The position numbers and the translations under genes are program-made. Shown here one piece after another: positions 48,782-62,330 of a DNA stretch of 64,000 nt (within the stretch, counting starts at the first letter, position 1; each line of letters starts with the position of its first letter). This DNA comes from Amphiscolops sp. MND2022 (taxonomy: Eukaryota), in contig OZ076421.1 in the NCBI GenBank assembly GCA_964187785.1, forward strand, positions 19,282,001 through 19,346,000, written 5' to 3'. The notes under the pieces were generated by a model. The model saw only the letters and a list, made by a program, of their open reading frames with translations. It was not told the DNA's origin and searched no databases.

Positions 48782-51357
48782 CTAAAAAGATGGTGGAGGA
48801 AAAGTGTGAATTTTTTTGAAGAAATTTTCGGAGGGCTTTCAATCTCATTAATAACAGGAGTGTTATTCTTTGGATACTCATTAGAATCTTTATTGACAGT
48901 TGAATAATTTGGTAATGATGGGTTGTGTACCAGTGAAGTGATAGACTTGGAGTTGTCAGGTTTACTTGTGTGAATGAAAGATTGTTTTCATTTTGGAAGG
49001 AAGATAAAGCGTGAAAAGTCTATTTGGACGTTCTGTATGGAAAGGTGGTGGTTATAATATTCCAGTTAGTTGAATTATGATGATTATTTGTTTGATCATC
49101 AGATTTATCAGGAGATTCATCTAGTGGAATGACAGTTATTGACAAGGGGAGTGATTTGAAATGTTTTATGGCTAAGTTGGGTCGTTTGTGATGAGTATCA
49201 TTTAGGTCATTTACCATTTCTGCTGGTAAGAATCTTAACAAAAACCATATTCAATAGAACTAAATATTGTATTATTATGTTCAAGACTATATTTAATTGA
49301 ATTTGTTTTAATTATATTCAAATGATATTTAGTTGAAATTGTAAAAAGAGAGAGTGTTGCTTGTTTAAAAAGAAATGTAGAGAAATAAATTTCACATTGT
49401 GTCAAAATGTAACTTGAACATCCATATAATGAAATGAATGCATACAAAAACCATGTTGGTGAAAAAGTAGGGTCAAATTGAAAAGTTTATCATTCTTTGT
49501 TAGTAGTCCAAATCCTAGTGTATTAAAAGGATTGTCTTATGGTGAATTTGCATCATTTTTAGGAGTATTAAAAGAAATAAAGGAGTAACTAAGAGCTTTT
49601 GCTAAAAGTTGTAGAGTTGAGCCAGAATGTTTTGAAAACACAATTCTGTTTCTGATTTGATCTAATTCTGCATTAGAATATATGCCATCACCTTGGGTTG
49701 TGAATGTATTTGATCGTATTGTAGTTCCAATTTGAGAAGGTGTGAACATGAGTGATGGTTTTCGTTTTATAAGTTCTGGTCCTAAAATGTAAAAATCTTG
49801 ATCATCAGAATAGTTCAATAGTTCAATAATGTTTCGAAAGTTATCATCAAATGCAATAGGAGTTGCATAATCATAAGTTTGTCTTATAATTGGGTCAACA
49901 TCCATAAGGGTATCTTTGAAATGTATAGGAATGCGATCAAAACAACGATCGGCTTTGAATACAGGAGATAAAAATTGCGGACAGTCGCGAATCCAAGCAG
50001 TTGAGCATTCGACGTATAAGAAGTTACTACGATTACCCGTTAAAAGAAATTCAGCAATTTGAAGATTTTGTACGGACATTTCAAGTAATGTAAACAATTG
50101 ATTTCTTTCTAATTCGCATACCGTAAGAAGGGTGTTAAGCTCTTTTACTGTCATTGAACAAAAAACATGGTTAATAGTGAATCAATTTTTGTATTTATAT
50201 GTCTATCATAATCAATTGTAGCAAAATTATTTGAAACATTAAAAGCAGGAAAAATATACTTATTCTTAGAGTTCTTCAACACAATTTTACTTGAGGTGTA
50301 TTCATTAATTATAGATTGAGGATTTGGTTGCCCAGTGTGTATGTTAAACTCTTCTGTATATCTTACAAAAACGTCAGAATTTTGAGTTGAATATTAAGGG
50401 TCTGGTTTACCACAAAATGTTTGAGCCTGTGAACTTTTTTCAAGGCGTGAGAGACTCGAATTTTGTGGGTTTTGAGTATGTGGAGCGTGTACATAAGGAT
50501 ATGGTGTTCCTTTTTTGCCAGTAATATCATCAGAATTTTTTGGAGTAGAGGAATGTAAAAATGAATTAGTTTCCATCCAAAAGCGTTCTTCAATTTTTAT
50601 CATGCGTCCAACAAAGTCTTGTAATGTAAAAGTCAACAAAAATCATCACTTAACCTAACTAGTGTTTATGGTGTTTCAGTGGTTGGTTTACAACACCCGT
50701 CTGCAAAGTAACATGGAAGTGTATGTCCGTCAATAATCATGACGTTTTCAGTATCATCATTAGTAAGTTCTATTTCAGAGATTTCCAATCGCCAACTAAC
50801 GAGATTAACTTCAAATTGGTGATGAGCAGGACTAATGTAAAGCGGAAATCGGAGAGGGTCATAAATCCAATTTTATCAGCAGGCATGAAAATGAAAGTAC
50901 CTGTGTACAATTTAAATTGATGTACATTAAAAGGAGTTTAAAATTTTTCTAAGTTTTATCGAGAATAGTGGTCTTTCAAAAGTGAAAAGTTTTATTGTAA
51001 TGTAAATTGTTCAATTTTTTTTCTTTGTATCATTGAGGTGTCTAATAAAGTGTTTACATTGAAGAGGATAGAGTGTAACAGGACGCGGCATTGTGTTATG
51101 ATTCCATACAGTTCTGTCAACACGTCGGTATTTAACGAAACCTTGGAAACAAATTTTTCTGCATTTTTGCGTTAACTACGCATTTAAAAGCTTTGACACG
51201 TTTAGCTTTTGCTCGAATATAGACTCGGGCTTGAACGTTAGTTTGAACGTTGTTTTCTTGCACAATCGTAATGTGAAAACATAACATGAGGCGTGAAGTC
51301 AAAAGGATGTAGTGTATTTAAGAGCAGAATATGGCCTATATAAAACAATTTTGCCGT
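48782..51357 (-). pseudogene. env: Envelope glycoprotein resembling chuvirus-type class III fusion proteins
   Basis: Signal-like (ACG)AKLFYIGHILLL; FSHYDCA; KAFKC...KICFQG; DGHTLPCYFADGCC; FCGKPDP*YST; TIDYDRHINTKID; TVCELERNQLFTLLEMSVQN; DC.......DRCFDRIPI; DGIYSNAELDQIRNRIVF; a hydrophobic segment near 49450-49350; and a tail ending FPPPSF*. Confidence 0.72.
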
Positions 51358-53559
51358 AGGTCAGATGGGACAATTGAGGATCTCGATTACGGTCATTATA
51401 AGTGCCGTCAAATGGAGCAGGTGTTGTCTTGTGTTCTATTTTAGCAACGTGCAATACTGGATGAGGATTCAAACTTTGAAATTTAACTATGACTTCAAAT
51501 TTTAGTTCTGAATTAGAGTTTTGGAGTCGTATGAAATCTTTCTTTTCTTTTGTTCGAATTTAATCGTTAGTTGTAATGAAGCGTTCCGTAAGAAAAGGGA
51601 AAAGAGGATCGTTTTTCGAATTGAAATAGTTGTGCCGTCAACACGTTTTGGATAGTCTGCAAAACTAGGAGTTGGATGTCTTGAATGATCAGCTGGAAAT
51701 TTTATTGAGGTAGTCCTATGTGTGGCGGAAGAGGAGTAGGTATAAGACCTTCAGAAAAAATGATCGCCTGAATGATATGCAGTTTGTACGTCAGAAGAAA
51801 GTAATGAATCGGTGTCTTATCCAGATGAAATATATGGTTGTGGAACACGTTCTGGAGAATGTGTATCAGAGGATAAAATTTGTACGTGTAGTCTTGCAAG
51901 GCGTAACGCAGAGTTACTAGAAAGAGCAGAAAAATTGAGTGTTGAAGTATTGGTACTAAGTCTAGCGTAGGAAGGTTTCTGAGATTATATTTATGATGAG
52001 GAATAAAAAGTGAACCAGTAGAGTCTTGTGAAGGTGTCATATATTCAGATGAGGTGTTTAAGAGGTTTGATAGTGAAGTAGATTTTCGTCTTTTTGGTTT
52101 GAGAGGATGATATTTTTTGAGGTAATGACTGTGTTTAATTCAGAAGGGAGTTGTAAGGAAGATAGTGGAGAATACTCTCTATCAGGTATGAGTACAAAAT
52201 CCATTTGAGGTTGAAGTCTGAGTGTTCTAATAGCTGTAGGTTTTTTTATAGTTTATAAATCGTTCAACAATTCTGGATTTGGTATGTGTACTAAAAGTGT
52301 ATGAAGTGGATATGATTGAGATTGAGAATGTGACGTGTTAGGTATTTCAGTTAAAGGTGGTCTACTTGTGTGAGAGTGTGTTGTAGATTTTGTAGATGAT
52401 GTATCTATAAAATGAGATCGTGGTCTTTTAGATGGTGTTACAGGAGTTACATTGCGAGGTTGAGTTGTTATAACAGTTTGAGAGTCTGAAGTATTAGAAC
52501 GTAGACTTGGAGCAGAAGCAGATGTTTCAGAAGAATCCAGGATGGTAGTTTAGTGAAAACTATTTGAGTCAAGTTTTTTTAAAGTTACCAAGTTTTTTGA
52601 AAGCTACCAATTTCCAATGGTAGTTCAAAGAAGACTATTTGATTTTAGCTACCAGCTTTCATTAGTTCTGTATAATGAGTGATTAGTATTCTGTTTAGAT
52701 GGTGGTAAACACGATATTTTTTTGTTGTTGCCTCAAGTTCTAACTGATTTTAGTGTTTCTGTTATTTGAAGTGTGATGAGGTATAGATTGGTTTTGAGAA
52801 GAGTGTCGTAATCTGTCAAGAGGTGGACTAGTTCAATTGGTTTTAATTATCTGTGTAAAAGATGGATTGTCAGATTGTGTGGTTTGTGGCTTGTCATTTG
52901 AGGACGGATTAGAGAAGTGGTGATTTGATTGTTTAGCAGGTATTAGAGTTTTTGATAGGTGTGATGAAAAAGAATGTTCATGTGATGAGTTTTTGTCAGA
53001 AAAGGATGCATCGAAATTAAAAGGAGATGAGTCACTATTGGTATATATAATTGGTTTTGGAATATCACATTGATTAGAATCTGCGGAACGCACGAAATTA
53101 ATTGCAAGATGAGAATACAAAAGTGGTTTTTTGGGTTATAAGGTATCAAAAAATTTCTATGTATGTGAAACGTGAAGCCATCTTGAGAGAGAAGTTCATA
53201 TGATACATCAGCTAGTCTGCCAAGTTCTTATAAGGTCTAATCAGACGCAGTTTAAGTTGTCACAAAAGTGAACATGAGAGAAGTTGCGTTAAAGTACAAA
53301 GAATTCCAATAGGAAGAGGTTTTTTTCATGGTAAGGCTTTGTAATATATGCTTGAGTGTTGATTGATTTTTTATAGTATTTTCATGGACTGTAAAATAAG
53401 TTTGTAACATGGCAATTTCTACTGCGAGAGACCATTGTGGGATAGGTTTAGAAAGTGTTCTATAAAAGAATGGGTTGAGATCTGTATTGTCATAGGTTTA
53501 TAAGGGTTCTGGTTTATAATAGGTTTTGTGAGTGTTCCGGAAGTTGAGAGCAGTATTGA

Positions 53560-54480
53560 GAAACACACGTCTTTTTCTATTCTTCAATTGGGATAAAAAT
53601 CAAAAGTAAGTGAAATTCTAGGACGAGTGTGGAAAACAATTTCATGAGTAGAAACATTGAACGCTGGTAGAGGTTGTGAGTTGTGTGCATAAGCGTACAT
53701 ATGGACTTGAAATGCCCAGTCTTTAGGAGTATTTTGAAGAAACACACGAAGATGTGTACCAAGGTTTTAGTTCTGAACTTCGACAAGACCATATGTCCAT
53801 GGTGAATTTGGTGTTCTAGGAGAATTACATATTCCCATAAGAAAACAAACTTGTGCCATATTCGTTTTGATGCATTCTGATCCGCGATCAGTATAGAGAA
53901 ATATTGGTGGGCAAAATTTCATAATCCAATGATGTAGAAGTGTTTTAACAGCCGTTTTTGCATTGTTAAATTTCATTGGGACTGTAACAACAAAGTGACA
54001 AAAGGCTTCAACTAGGACATGAATATAACATTTGTTTTGTGATGGAGGGTTAATAGGGCCTTTTGTGTCCGTTGACAATCTGTAATTAACGGAAGGAGCG
54101 TGTTCTGAAATGGATTGTGTAGGTGCAGTTTGGATTTTCATGTTAAAATATTTGTTGCGTTGACATTCAAGGCAATCATGATTAAAATTGGATAGCCATT
54201 TTCCAAGAAAAACTATGTAATAAGATTGGGAAAAATGAGATAAATGATATTGATACCTGTATGACAATGTTCGTGGAGTTTGTCAAAAACAGTTTTGAAC
54301 ATACGAAAGAGGAGACAACTTTTAATTGTACTGTGAATTGTATTTGGAGTTGTAATTGGGTGTGTCTCAGAGGAGAATTTATTTGTAAAAAGACTAATAA
54401 GGTTTTTAGAGTCGTCTATGAAAAATTGTGAAAAGATTTTTAATATGAGTTTGAAAAAGGAGTACAGTTTATTAACGGTG
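53560..54480 (-). pseudogene. pol: Gypsy-type integrase remnant
   Basis: HDCLECQRNK; STDTKGP; HHWIMKFCPP.FLYTDRGSE; SPWTYGLVEVQN. Confidence 0.9.
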
Positions 54481-54684
54481 TGAGAGTATCAGGTTTTTCA
54501 TTTTGAGAAAGCCAAGAGTAGACAGCTTTAAGAATTGTGTCTTGAGATTGTTATTTTATTGTTTGTAAGTCTAATGAGTAGTCATTACGTAAAAAGAATC
54601 CTTGAAAATAGTTTTTGTATTTGAAGAATGATGGATCCTAGACAGGTATTCTTTGTTAACAGAGTGTAGAAAAGATTATAGATG

Positions 54685-55570
54685 TTATTGGTCTGTTCCA
54701 TAAACACCAAGAATTGCGTGAGAATCATATTTTGGATGAAGATATACTTCTTCGGGTTTGATTAAGTAAAAAACAGGTTTTAACAATTTGTTTTGTAATA
54801 CAGCAAAGTCAATTTGAGTTGGGAGTTGTTTTTGTTTGAGTTGATTCATTTGTAACTCAGTTTTTGTAAAAGAGCGACGAAGTATGCCTGCGACAGAAAA
54901 ACTTTTCCAGGTGTATGAGATTTTTTTAGTGTTGGATAATTTTGTTAACTGCATTTCTGCCCGGTAGAACCGTGAACTGAGATTTCTTTTTTTGTAAAAC
55001 AGTGTAAAAGAGTTTTGTGATCAGTGAAAATATGTATTGGATGTGAGCATCCAACATTGACAAACTGATAGAGATTTGAAGAGCAAGTACCATACCGAGA
55101 AGTTTGCTGTCAAGTGTGGAGAGTTTTTGTTCTTGTGGAATAAGAATTTGAGAATTGTAAGAAATAACTTTGATTTTATTTTCTTCATTGAGTTGGAAAT
55201 TGACAGCGCCTAATCCAAGGAGTGAAGCGTCTACTGTAATGAAAAATGGGTTTTGTATTTGGAATTGTAAGTTCGGTTTCAGAAGTAACAGCGGTTTTTG
55301 AATGTTAAAAAAGACGTTCGTGATTCGAGGTCCAGATCCAAGGAGTATTTTCGTGTAATAGATCAAAAAATGGTTGAAGATTTTCATGAAGTTTTCAAAA
55401 CATTTCGTGTAGAACTTGAGTGCGCCAATGAAACTCGTTAGAGCAATTTTTCCAGTGGGTGTATAGCTTCAAACTTTGAGTGTATAGGTTTTTCTTGTAT
55501 TATAGCCAATTTCATGTCCAAGATATTTGAAGATTGTCTTTTGTGATTATCATATGAAGTTGTTCATTAA
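54685..55570 (-). pseudogene. pol: RT C-terminus and Ty3-type RNase H remnant
   Basis: FKYLGHEIG; SFIGALKFY; PFFITVDASLLGLGAV.FQ; ISYNSQIL..QEQKLSTLD; KNLSVADML-like KSFSVAGILRRSF. Confidence 0.9.
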
Positions 55571-55606
55571 GTTGGAAGATATGTTCTTTTGGGTTTCAAA
55601 GGTTAT

Positions 55607-58600
55607 AGAATGTGCTTCAGTTTCAAGTGGAAGAGAATTTGTTTATTGAAAACTAAGTTTACATATAATTGGTAATACATCTTGTGTAAAGGAACGTATT
55701 TGTCTTTGTTGTGTTGATAATGTAAATGATGTCGGAAGGTTTTTTTGTACAAGAAGGTTTGTTTTATTGTATTATTGGTTAGTCAGAACGTTAGTTTTGC
55801 CATAGAGGATACACTTACTGAAAAATGAGATATTTCGTATTGAATTTAGGCTTATATGGAAGGATTTGATTTACGAAAACTATTTGGAGAAAAATTATAA
55901 GTATTGTACAAAGAATGAGTAAGAACTTGTTAGTTATATGTGGGAGTAATGTACAAAAGGTACGGTACCTGTCAAGAAGTCCACAAAGTGGTAGGACTAT
56001 ATGAACGAGCATAAAGAGGTTGCAAGCTAATTATGGAACAAGGTACAAAACGAATGAAAATTTGGGAGGTACAAAAATAACCTTTTGAAAGGTAATAAAA
56101 ATCTCTCGAAGAAAAGAACAAGATCAGCAATTAAACCAAGAGAGATCCAAAGGAATATACTAATATGTACTAGATTGTCAGCTAAACGCCTTTACAGAAA
56201 TTACTTATGATTGTTAAATATCGTTTTTGTGGTACAGTTAAATTATTATGAAAGTATGAAAGGAGGTAAGTATAAAATTAATTTGATAGTAATTTGAAGT
56301 TATACTTTTATATTGTGTTAAGGAATAATTTTGTGTTTGTGCAAACATCCGTAATACTGTTTAGGAAAGCATGAAGTGTGTTATAAAGGATTAGTATGTT
56401 ATAAAAGTGTAAAAATTGTTTGAAAAAAAAGTTTTGTAGAAAAAGTGGGCCAACTCTTTCGGAGTGGATCTTAGCGGCTAGAACAGAGTGTTTTTGACTA
56501 GCAAGAATTGCTGGATAGCGTTGTAGAGAACCAAAACGTATGGCACGTCTGCGTTTGGAACGTGAAAAGAGGAAACCAACACGAATCACTGTCGAAGCGG
56601 TTGGAATGGACAGACGATTACCAAAACGTGTCACTGTTAGAGTGGTTGGAACGGAGAAGAATATTATCAACACGTATCACTGTGGTAGTGGTTGGAACGG
56701 AAAAGAAATTAACTAATAGAGAATACGGTGGAAAACGTAGTCAGAACCATACCAACATGAACTCTATCATGATCTCTTCATGGTTTATCTTGATTGTATC
56801 CATCAAATGATGTCTCAGAAAAAAATTGAAGAAGTGAAAAGTGAAGTCTTTTATCAGATGTTTCAGATTGTTCTGTAATAAAAGTATCATGTAGTGTGTT
56901 CAGTTCAAAATAAGATATAGGAAACGTTGTGTGATCTTTTTGATAAAGATGTTGGTATTGATTTTTTATATTAGATGGTAAGAGTTCAGTTTCTGTTATA
57001 CCTTTTGAGAAATTAATGTAGGCAGATTGATCTTACTGTTTTCATAATAATTGATAGTTAAATCTAAAAAATTGTAAAGTGAATTTCGAAAAAATTTTGA
57101 ATTGTGGAAATATATGTTCGTTAAGGTTGATGTTCTGAAAGAATTTGTATAGAAATTGTTTAGCTTGTAGAATTTTTTGATGTAATCAATAATGGGGGTT
57201 TTCATGTCGTTGAACATTTAATTCAAGGTCTGGTACTGCAAAATAACCTTGTTTTTCTTTGAGACTTTCCACTGAGAATGGCGATATGTTTGTGAGTCTA
57301 AGTTTTCAATATGTTCTATTAGTTTGTCTATATATGTAATGGAAACATCTTGATTAGATAGTGTTATATTTTGTTGGAAAATGGTTCTATAGTATGTTCC
57401 TGTTTTACCACTGGAAATGGATTGAAAATAATTTGAAAATGTTTTTGTGATTGAGTTTATCTAGAGTTTAATCTCGGAAATATTATAAATATGAGTCTGA
57501 ACGTTCTCTAAGTAAAGGTATAGTAATTACAGAATGTGCTTCAGTTTCAAGTGGAAGGGGATTTGTTTATTGAAAGCTAATGTTAAATAAAATTGGTAAT
57601 GCATCTTGTGTAAAGGAATGTTTTTGTCTTTGTTGTGTTGATAGTGTAAATGATGTCGGAAGCGTTTTTTTGTACAAGAAGGTTTATTTCATTGTATTAG
57701 TGGTTAGTCAGAATGTTAGTTTGGCCATAGAGCGTACACGTACTGAAAAATGAGATATTTTGTATAGAAATTAGGCTTATATGGAAGGATTTGATCTACG
57801 AAAACTATTGGGAGAAAATTTACAAGTATTGTACAAAGAATGAGTAAGAGCTTCTTAGTTATATGTGGGAGTAATGTACAAAATGTATGGTACCTGCCAA
57901 GAAGTCCAAAAAGCGGTAGGACTAAATGAACGAGCATAAAGAGGTTAAAAGCTAATTATGAAACAAGGTACAAAACGAAATAAAATTTGGGCGGTCCAAA
58001 ATAACCTTTCGAAAGGTAATAAAAATCTCTCGAAGAAAATAACAAGATCAGCAATTAAACCAAGAGAGATCCAAAATAATATACTAATATGTACTAGATT
58101 GTCAGCTAAACGCCTTTACAGAAATTACTTATGATTGTTAAATATCGTATTTGTGATACAGTTAAATTATTATGAAAGTATGAAAGGAGGTAAGAATAAA
58201 ATTAATTTGATAGTAATTTGAAGTTATACTTTTATATCGTGTTAAGGATTAATTTTGTGTTTGTGCAAACATCCGTAATACTGTTTTAGAAAGCATGAAG
58301 TGTGTTATAAAGGATTAGTTTGTTATAAAATTGTAAAAATTGTTTGAGAAAAAGGTTTTGTAGAAGAAGTGAGCCAAATCTTTTGGAGTTGATCTTAGCT
58401 GCTAGAACAAAGTGTTTTTGACTAGCAAGAATTGCTGAATAGCGTTGTAGAGAACCAAAACGTATCGCACGTCTGCGGTTGGAACGTGAAAAGAGGAAAC
58501 CAACACCAATCACTGTAGAAGCGGTTGGAATGGAGAAGAAGACACGAGAAGAACCAACACGTGTCACTGTTAGAGTGTTTGGAACGGAGAAGAATATTAC

Positions 58601-58688
58601 CAGCACGTTTCACTGTGGTAGTGGTTGGAACGGAAAAGAAATTAACTGATAGGGATTACTGTGGAGAACGTAGCCAGAACCATACCAA
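55607..58688 (-). repeat. Direct duplication of the ~1.15-kb leader (55607-56755 and 57531-58688)
   Basis: The copies are collinear from AGAATGTGCTTCAGTTTCAAGTGG to CAGAACCATACCAA, offset about 1.93 kb. Each holds three ~45-bp CACTGT...GGTTGGAA(C/T)GGA repeats. Confidence 0.92.
56850..57560 (-). pseudogene. Start of the first (gag-position) ORF of the envelope-bearing element
   Basis: PLETEAHS...ITKTFSNYFQSISSGKTGTYYRTIF...IDKLIEHIENLDSQTYR...PDLELNVQRHENPHY follows the leader in the sense direction. Confidence 0.45.
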
Positions 58689-59327
58689 AACGAATCAATT
58701 TTCAATGAATATGATTGGAACGTCAAGTTCCATTTCAGTAGCGGTAAATGATGAAAAGAGGAAGTGGAACTTTATGTCGAACAAAGAAACAACGAATGAA
58801 GATTTGAGAAATGTTCTACTAAAGAGTAGTGAATTTGTGGTACTAGAGAAAGCGGGAAGATAATTTTCGTAATCGAAACAATTGAGCTGTTTAGGACTTG
58901 TATGTTTCATGTTATTTCTATTTTTGAGAACCTAAGAAGCCTCTAAGTCCTAACAGAGTTCTTTCTAGATAGCTATCTTTCCTTTTCTAAAATTATGAGA
59001 TCCCAAGAAGTTCTACCTTGTCTTGCTGAGAGAAGACTACTTCGTATATCAAATCTGGTGTCTCTGATTATACAATTACAGTGATTACATCAATGTTTAC
59101 TAGGATTAAACGTAATTCAAATCATTCTAAAGTGAAGGTACCAAGATTAAGTATATAATGAAGTTATCACCAATTGTCAGTATTCTAATAATGAAGTAAA
59201 AACTTCTAAATGAAGTGAAATCTGTCTAGTTTAAAAGTCTGAGTATATTTCAAGGTTATGCAAACACTTGACGTCATGCTTAACATGACATCACCGCAGG
59301 TCCATTATTTTTATAGGATGCCTTGTC

Positions 59328-59378
59328 AGTCACGCTATTTGCTGATATCACGCTATTTGCTGATATCACGCTATTTCG
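59328..59378. repeat. 18-bp tandem duplication
   Basis: CACGCTATTTGCTGATAT twice plus a partial third copy. Confidence 0.85.
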
Positions 59379-59899
59379 CATTTAGCGTTGAAAAAGTATT
59401 GTTTTCCTGTCAATCCTTTTCTGTTGTGCATTCGGGATGTGCAGAATTCCAATTCAAGATTTCGTCTCACGCTAAGCGTTTCGTATTCTTCTGGAATGAT
59501 CGCCCATTTTTGAATTTTACAATGCGGTAAAAATTATTGTAATTTATGTAACGGTTCGGCTGAACTTTTTAATTTTCCGAAGTCATAATTAGTAATTTGA
59601 AATTTATGGTTTTCACCTGTAGCAAGGCTGCACATTTCCTAATTTCTGCTCACTTTTTTTTGCTTCGGTTGTCATTTTTGTTACTCCCCAATGACCGAAA
59701 TGTAAAAATTTCAATATTTTTTTCGACGGGTCAATAGCTTTTCGATGACCTAATTGTAGCCTTCCTGTGTGTTTTTTTGCCCGTTCTTATGCAATTTTCA
59801 ACTATTGTCAATTCCGAGTCTGTTACTGTCTTCGCGATTAACGTCTTGAGATCTAAAATGAAGCTGACTCTGGTCTCTTTATGTTTAGTCGGTCAGTTT

Positions 59900-62330
59900 C
59901 ATTTTGAAGGATAGTTTTCCATCTATGTGGTTAATCTGTACAAATGTGGGCTGCCCGGATGTAAAAGTTTCACTTGTTTGAATTTTCTTAGCGTAGTGGT
60001 TGCTCTGGAATGTTCTATCCCATGTGATTGCCTGACCTTTTGCTCATTTTCGTTCTTCGATAAATTTTTGTTTAGGGTTCACTCTTCCTGCGTTTTGATT
60101 GGTTGCCAAATAGTGAACCGTATTTCACTAAAATAGCAAGTATGGCAACAACAATACTACGTCGCATTTGTCCTACGGTACTGCTTCCCCTACCGGATTT
60201 TTACTGAGGAAATCGGTAAATTTCAAGTAACGGCTGGCAATGTGTTGAACTCCGGTGTCAAAGTGTGCTGATAGGTCTACTTACCGTGTTATTCTAGCCT
60301 TATATTGATCATTTCTTCATTCAGTTACGTTTTATCAATAGTTCTGATGCGCCAACTGCTAAAAAATCATTTCTCCGATTGAGTGTTTGTATCTGGTTAA
60401 ATTACTGCTTCCGTTTGAAGTTTATGACATTAAATAAACGCGATCGGTTTGAAGTTTCCGTTATCGTGTTTATGAAATAAGGTAATACCAAGTCCGGTTT
60501 TACTTCCATTCGTGATAATCATGTTTGCTTTGTCTTTGCCTAATGTAATAAAAATTGTTCTTCGGTCTGCATTCGTTTTCTTTGAATGAAGTCTTTTCTT
60601 GATAATCGCCAGTTATTTTGTGAGTATATTTGTTTATTTGTAATTTCCGAAAACTTGTGTAAGTATTTTGCTAGTTTTGTATTGCTCCGAGAAATAATTT
60701 ATCAATTTTTCTTGGAACTTTGGCGCTATGTCAGCTAGTCCGTGATTGTTGTTTTTCTAAATCGGTAATAGCTGCTAACGAAATATTACCCCGGTGATCG
60801 AAGTACGAATTGTTGTCACGTTTCTGCAGACAATTTCTAATGCCCGTATGCATAGTCTAACTCAATTTTTGATAAAAATAGATGTACTCTTCGATCTTGG
60901 TTCAACAGTTTCTTTGGCATATGGTGTCTTCACTTTATACAACTATTATTCAGCTTAATAGTCGAATTTTTTGTGCTCTGATTTGTCGATTTTACGTTAA
61001 CGACAAACGGAGATACAAAACAATCTTCATCCACCGTGTTGGTTTTTCTAAACGTCCAGCCTTTAGCTTTTTTCCCTAGTTCTCTTCGTACCTTTACTTG
61101 AAGGTCTATTGGTATTGTTCTGGTTTTCTGTTTTACCGTATAACGTCCCGGTTTTAATAGTATCTCTATTTTCAGAAATTTTGTTGATCCGTTGCTGTCA
61201 AACAAGTCCAAGACTTTGCATGCGGAATACATTTTGTTTCTCTTTTTGGATTATTTTCGAACAACCGTATCACTTCAAGTGTTGAATTGAAGAATTTTAT
61301 CCAATGCACTCCGAGTCTGGTCTGCTCTTCCGACTAACAATTATTCCTTCTTTTTCTTGTTATTGGCAAATTCCATGTCCACCGGAACTTTTTGCCCGAA
61401 CTGCACTTCCTTTTTTTCACATTTTAGCACTGATTTGTTATTTTCTGTATTTTGCTTTGTTTCAATTTTCGTTATTCCTTCGACCAGTTGTATTTTGTTA
61501 TCGGTGAGCCCGCACTTTAATACAATTTGAATCTAAGAAGAATCTTTTGTGTTGTGGACAGCAATTTTTTGTATTGCAAAATCTGCATGGTCGGTTTCCT
61601 GAAATTATATTTTCGATCTTGTTCCCAGTTTTTCTATCCTTTGTATTGATTTAACATTAAGTGTGTTTTTTGGTAAGATCAATGCTTCCGGTATTGTATT
61701 TTTGTTGTTCTTCTAATCGTAGGTGTTGTATTTAATTGTTTTAGTTCGTTATATTTTCATCTCCAAATTTTGTTATTGTTTTGTGCCGTAATTTTTGTCG
61801 ATTAATGCTGTCATGTCTTGGATGTAAATAACTTCACCGTCAAATTATATACATTCTTTTATATTTCAATCATAAATTGTCTACAGACGTTGTCTGGTGT
61901 ATTTTCTTTTGCTCGTTTTGCCCAAAAAAAAATATTTTTCATGGTGATATTGATTTCGTTTCAGTAGGTAATGCTCTGGGAATAATCAGACTAGGTCGTT
62001 TGCATTCAATTTGTTGAGTTTTGTTATGTATTGGGCTCTCGTTATTTGGTAGACTTCTTCATGTCCGACTTGCCAAATGAAATCTTCTTGTTCGTGAATG
62101 TGTTTCTTTTTTTGGAACATTCGTTTCCCTGCTATATTTCCTTCCTGTAGTATTTGGAGCTAATGTTCATTTTGTTTTCCTTTTTTAAATGAACTTTTTA
62201 GGTACTGTCTCGGTGTAAACACTGGTTTTCGTCGGAGGTTTTTGTTCCATGTGAGCGTATGTTGTTTTCTCTGTCTCTGTGATCTTTGGTAGTTGATTTT
62301 GTGTTCCTCAGTAAAATGTTTCAATTCAAT
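59900..62330 (-). pseudogene. pol: Heavily decayed Gypsy gag-pol remnant (family C)
   Basis: RT start KQKTRTIPIDLQVKVRREL...VSP.VV.VK; RNase H IITNGSKTGLGITL...GNFKPIAF; VQHIASRYLKFTDFLSKNPV. Confidence 0.65.

Larger units (their letters stand above)
45647..58690 (-). mobile_element. Large envelope-bearing Ty3/Gypsy element (endogenous retrovirus-like), internally deleted and decayed
   Basis: Minus-strand order: PBS-like TGGTATGGTTCTGGCTACG, leader, gag start, second leader copy, RT end/RNase H, integrase, linker, env, ORF-X, ORF-Y, PPT AGGAAGAAGGAAACAAG, and an LTR stub starting TGTC. Confidence 0.75.

Noticed and set aside
58692-59288. 5' LTR of the envelope-bearing element
   Set aside because: It has the right position and begins TGTC on the minus strand, but I see no convincing match to the 3' stub at 45647-45721, so it is left unassigned.
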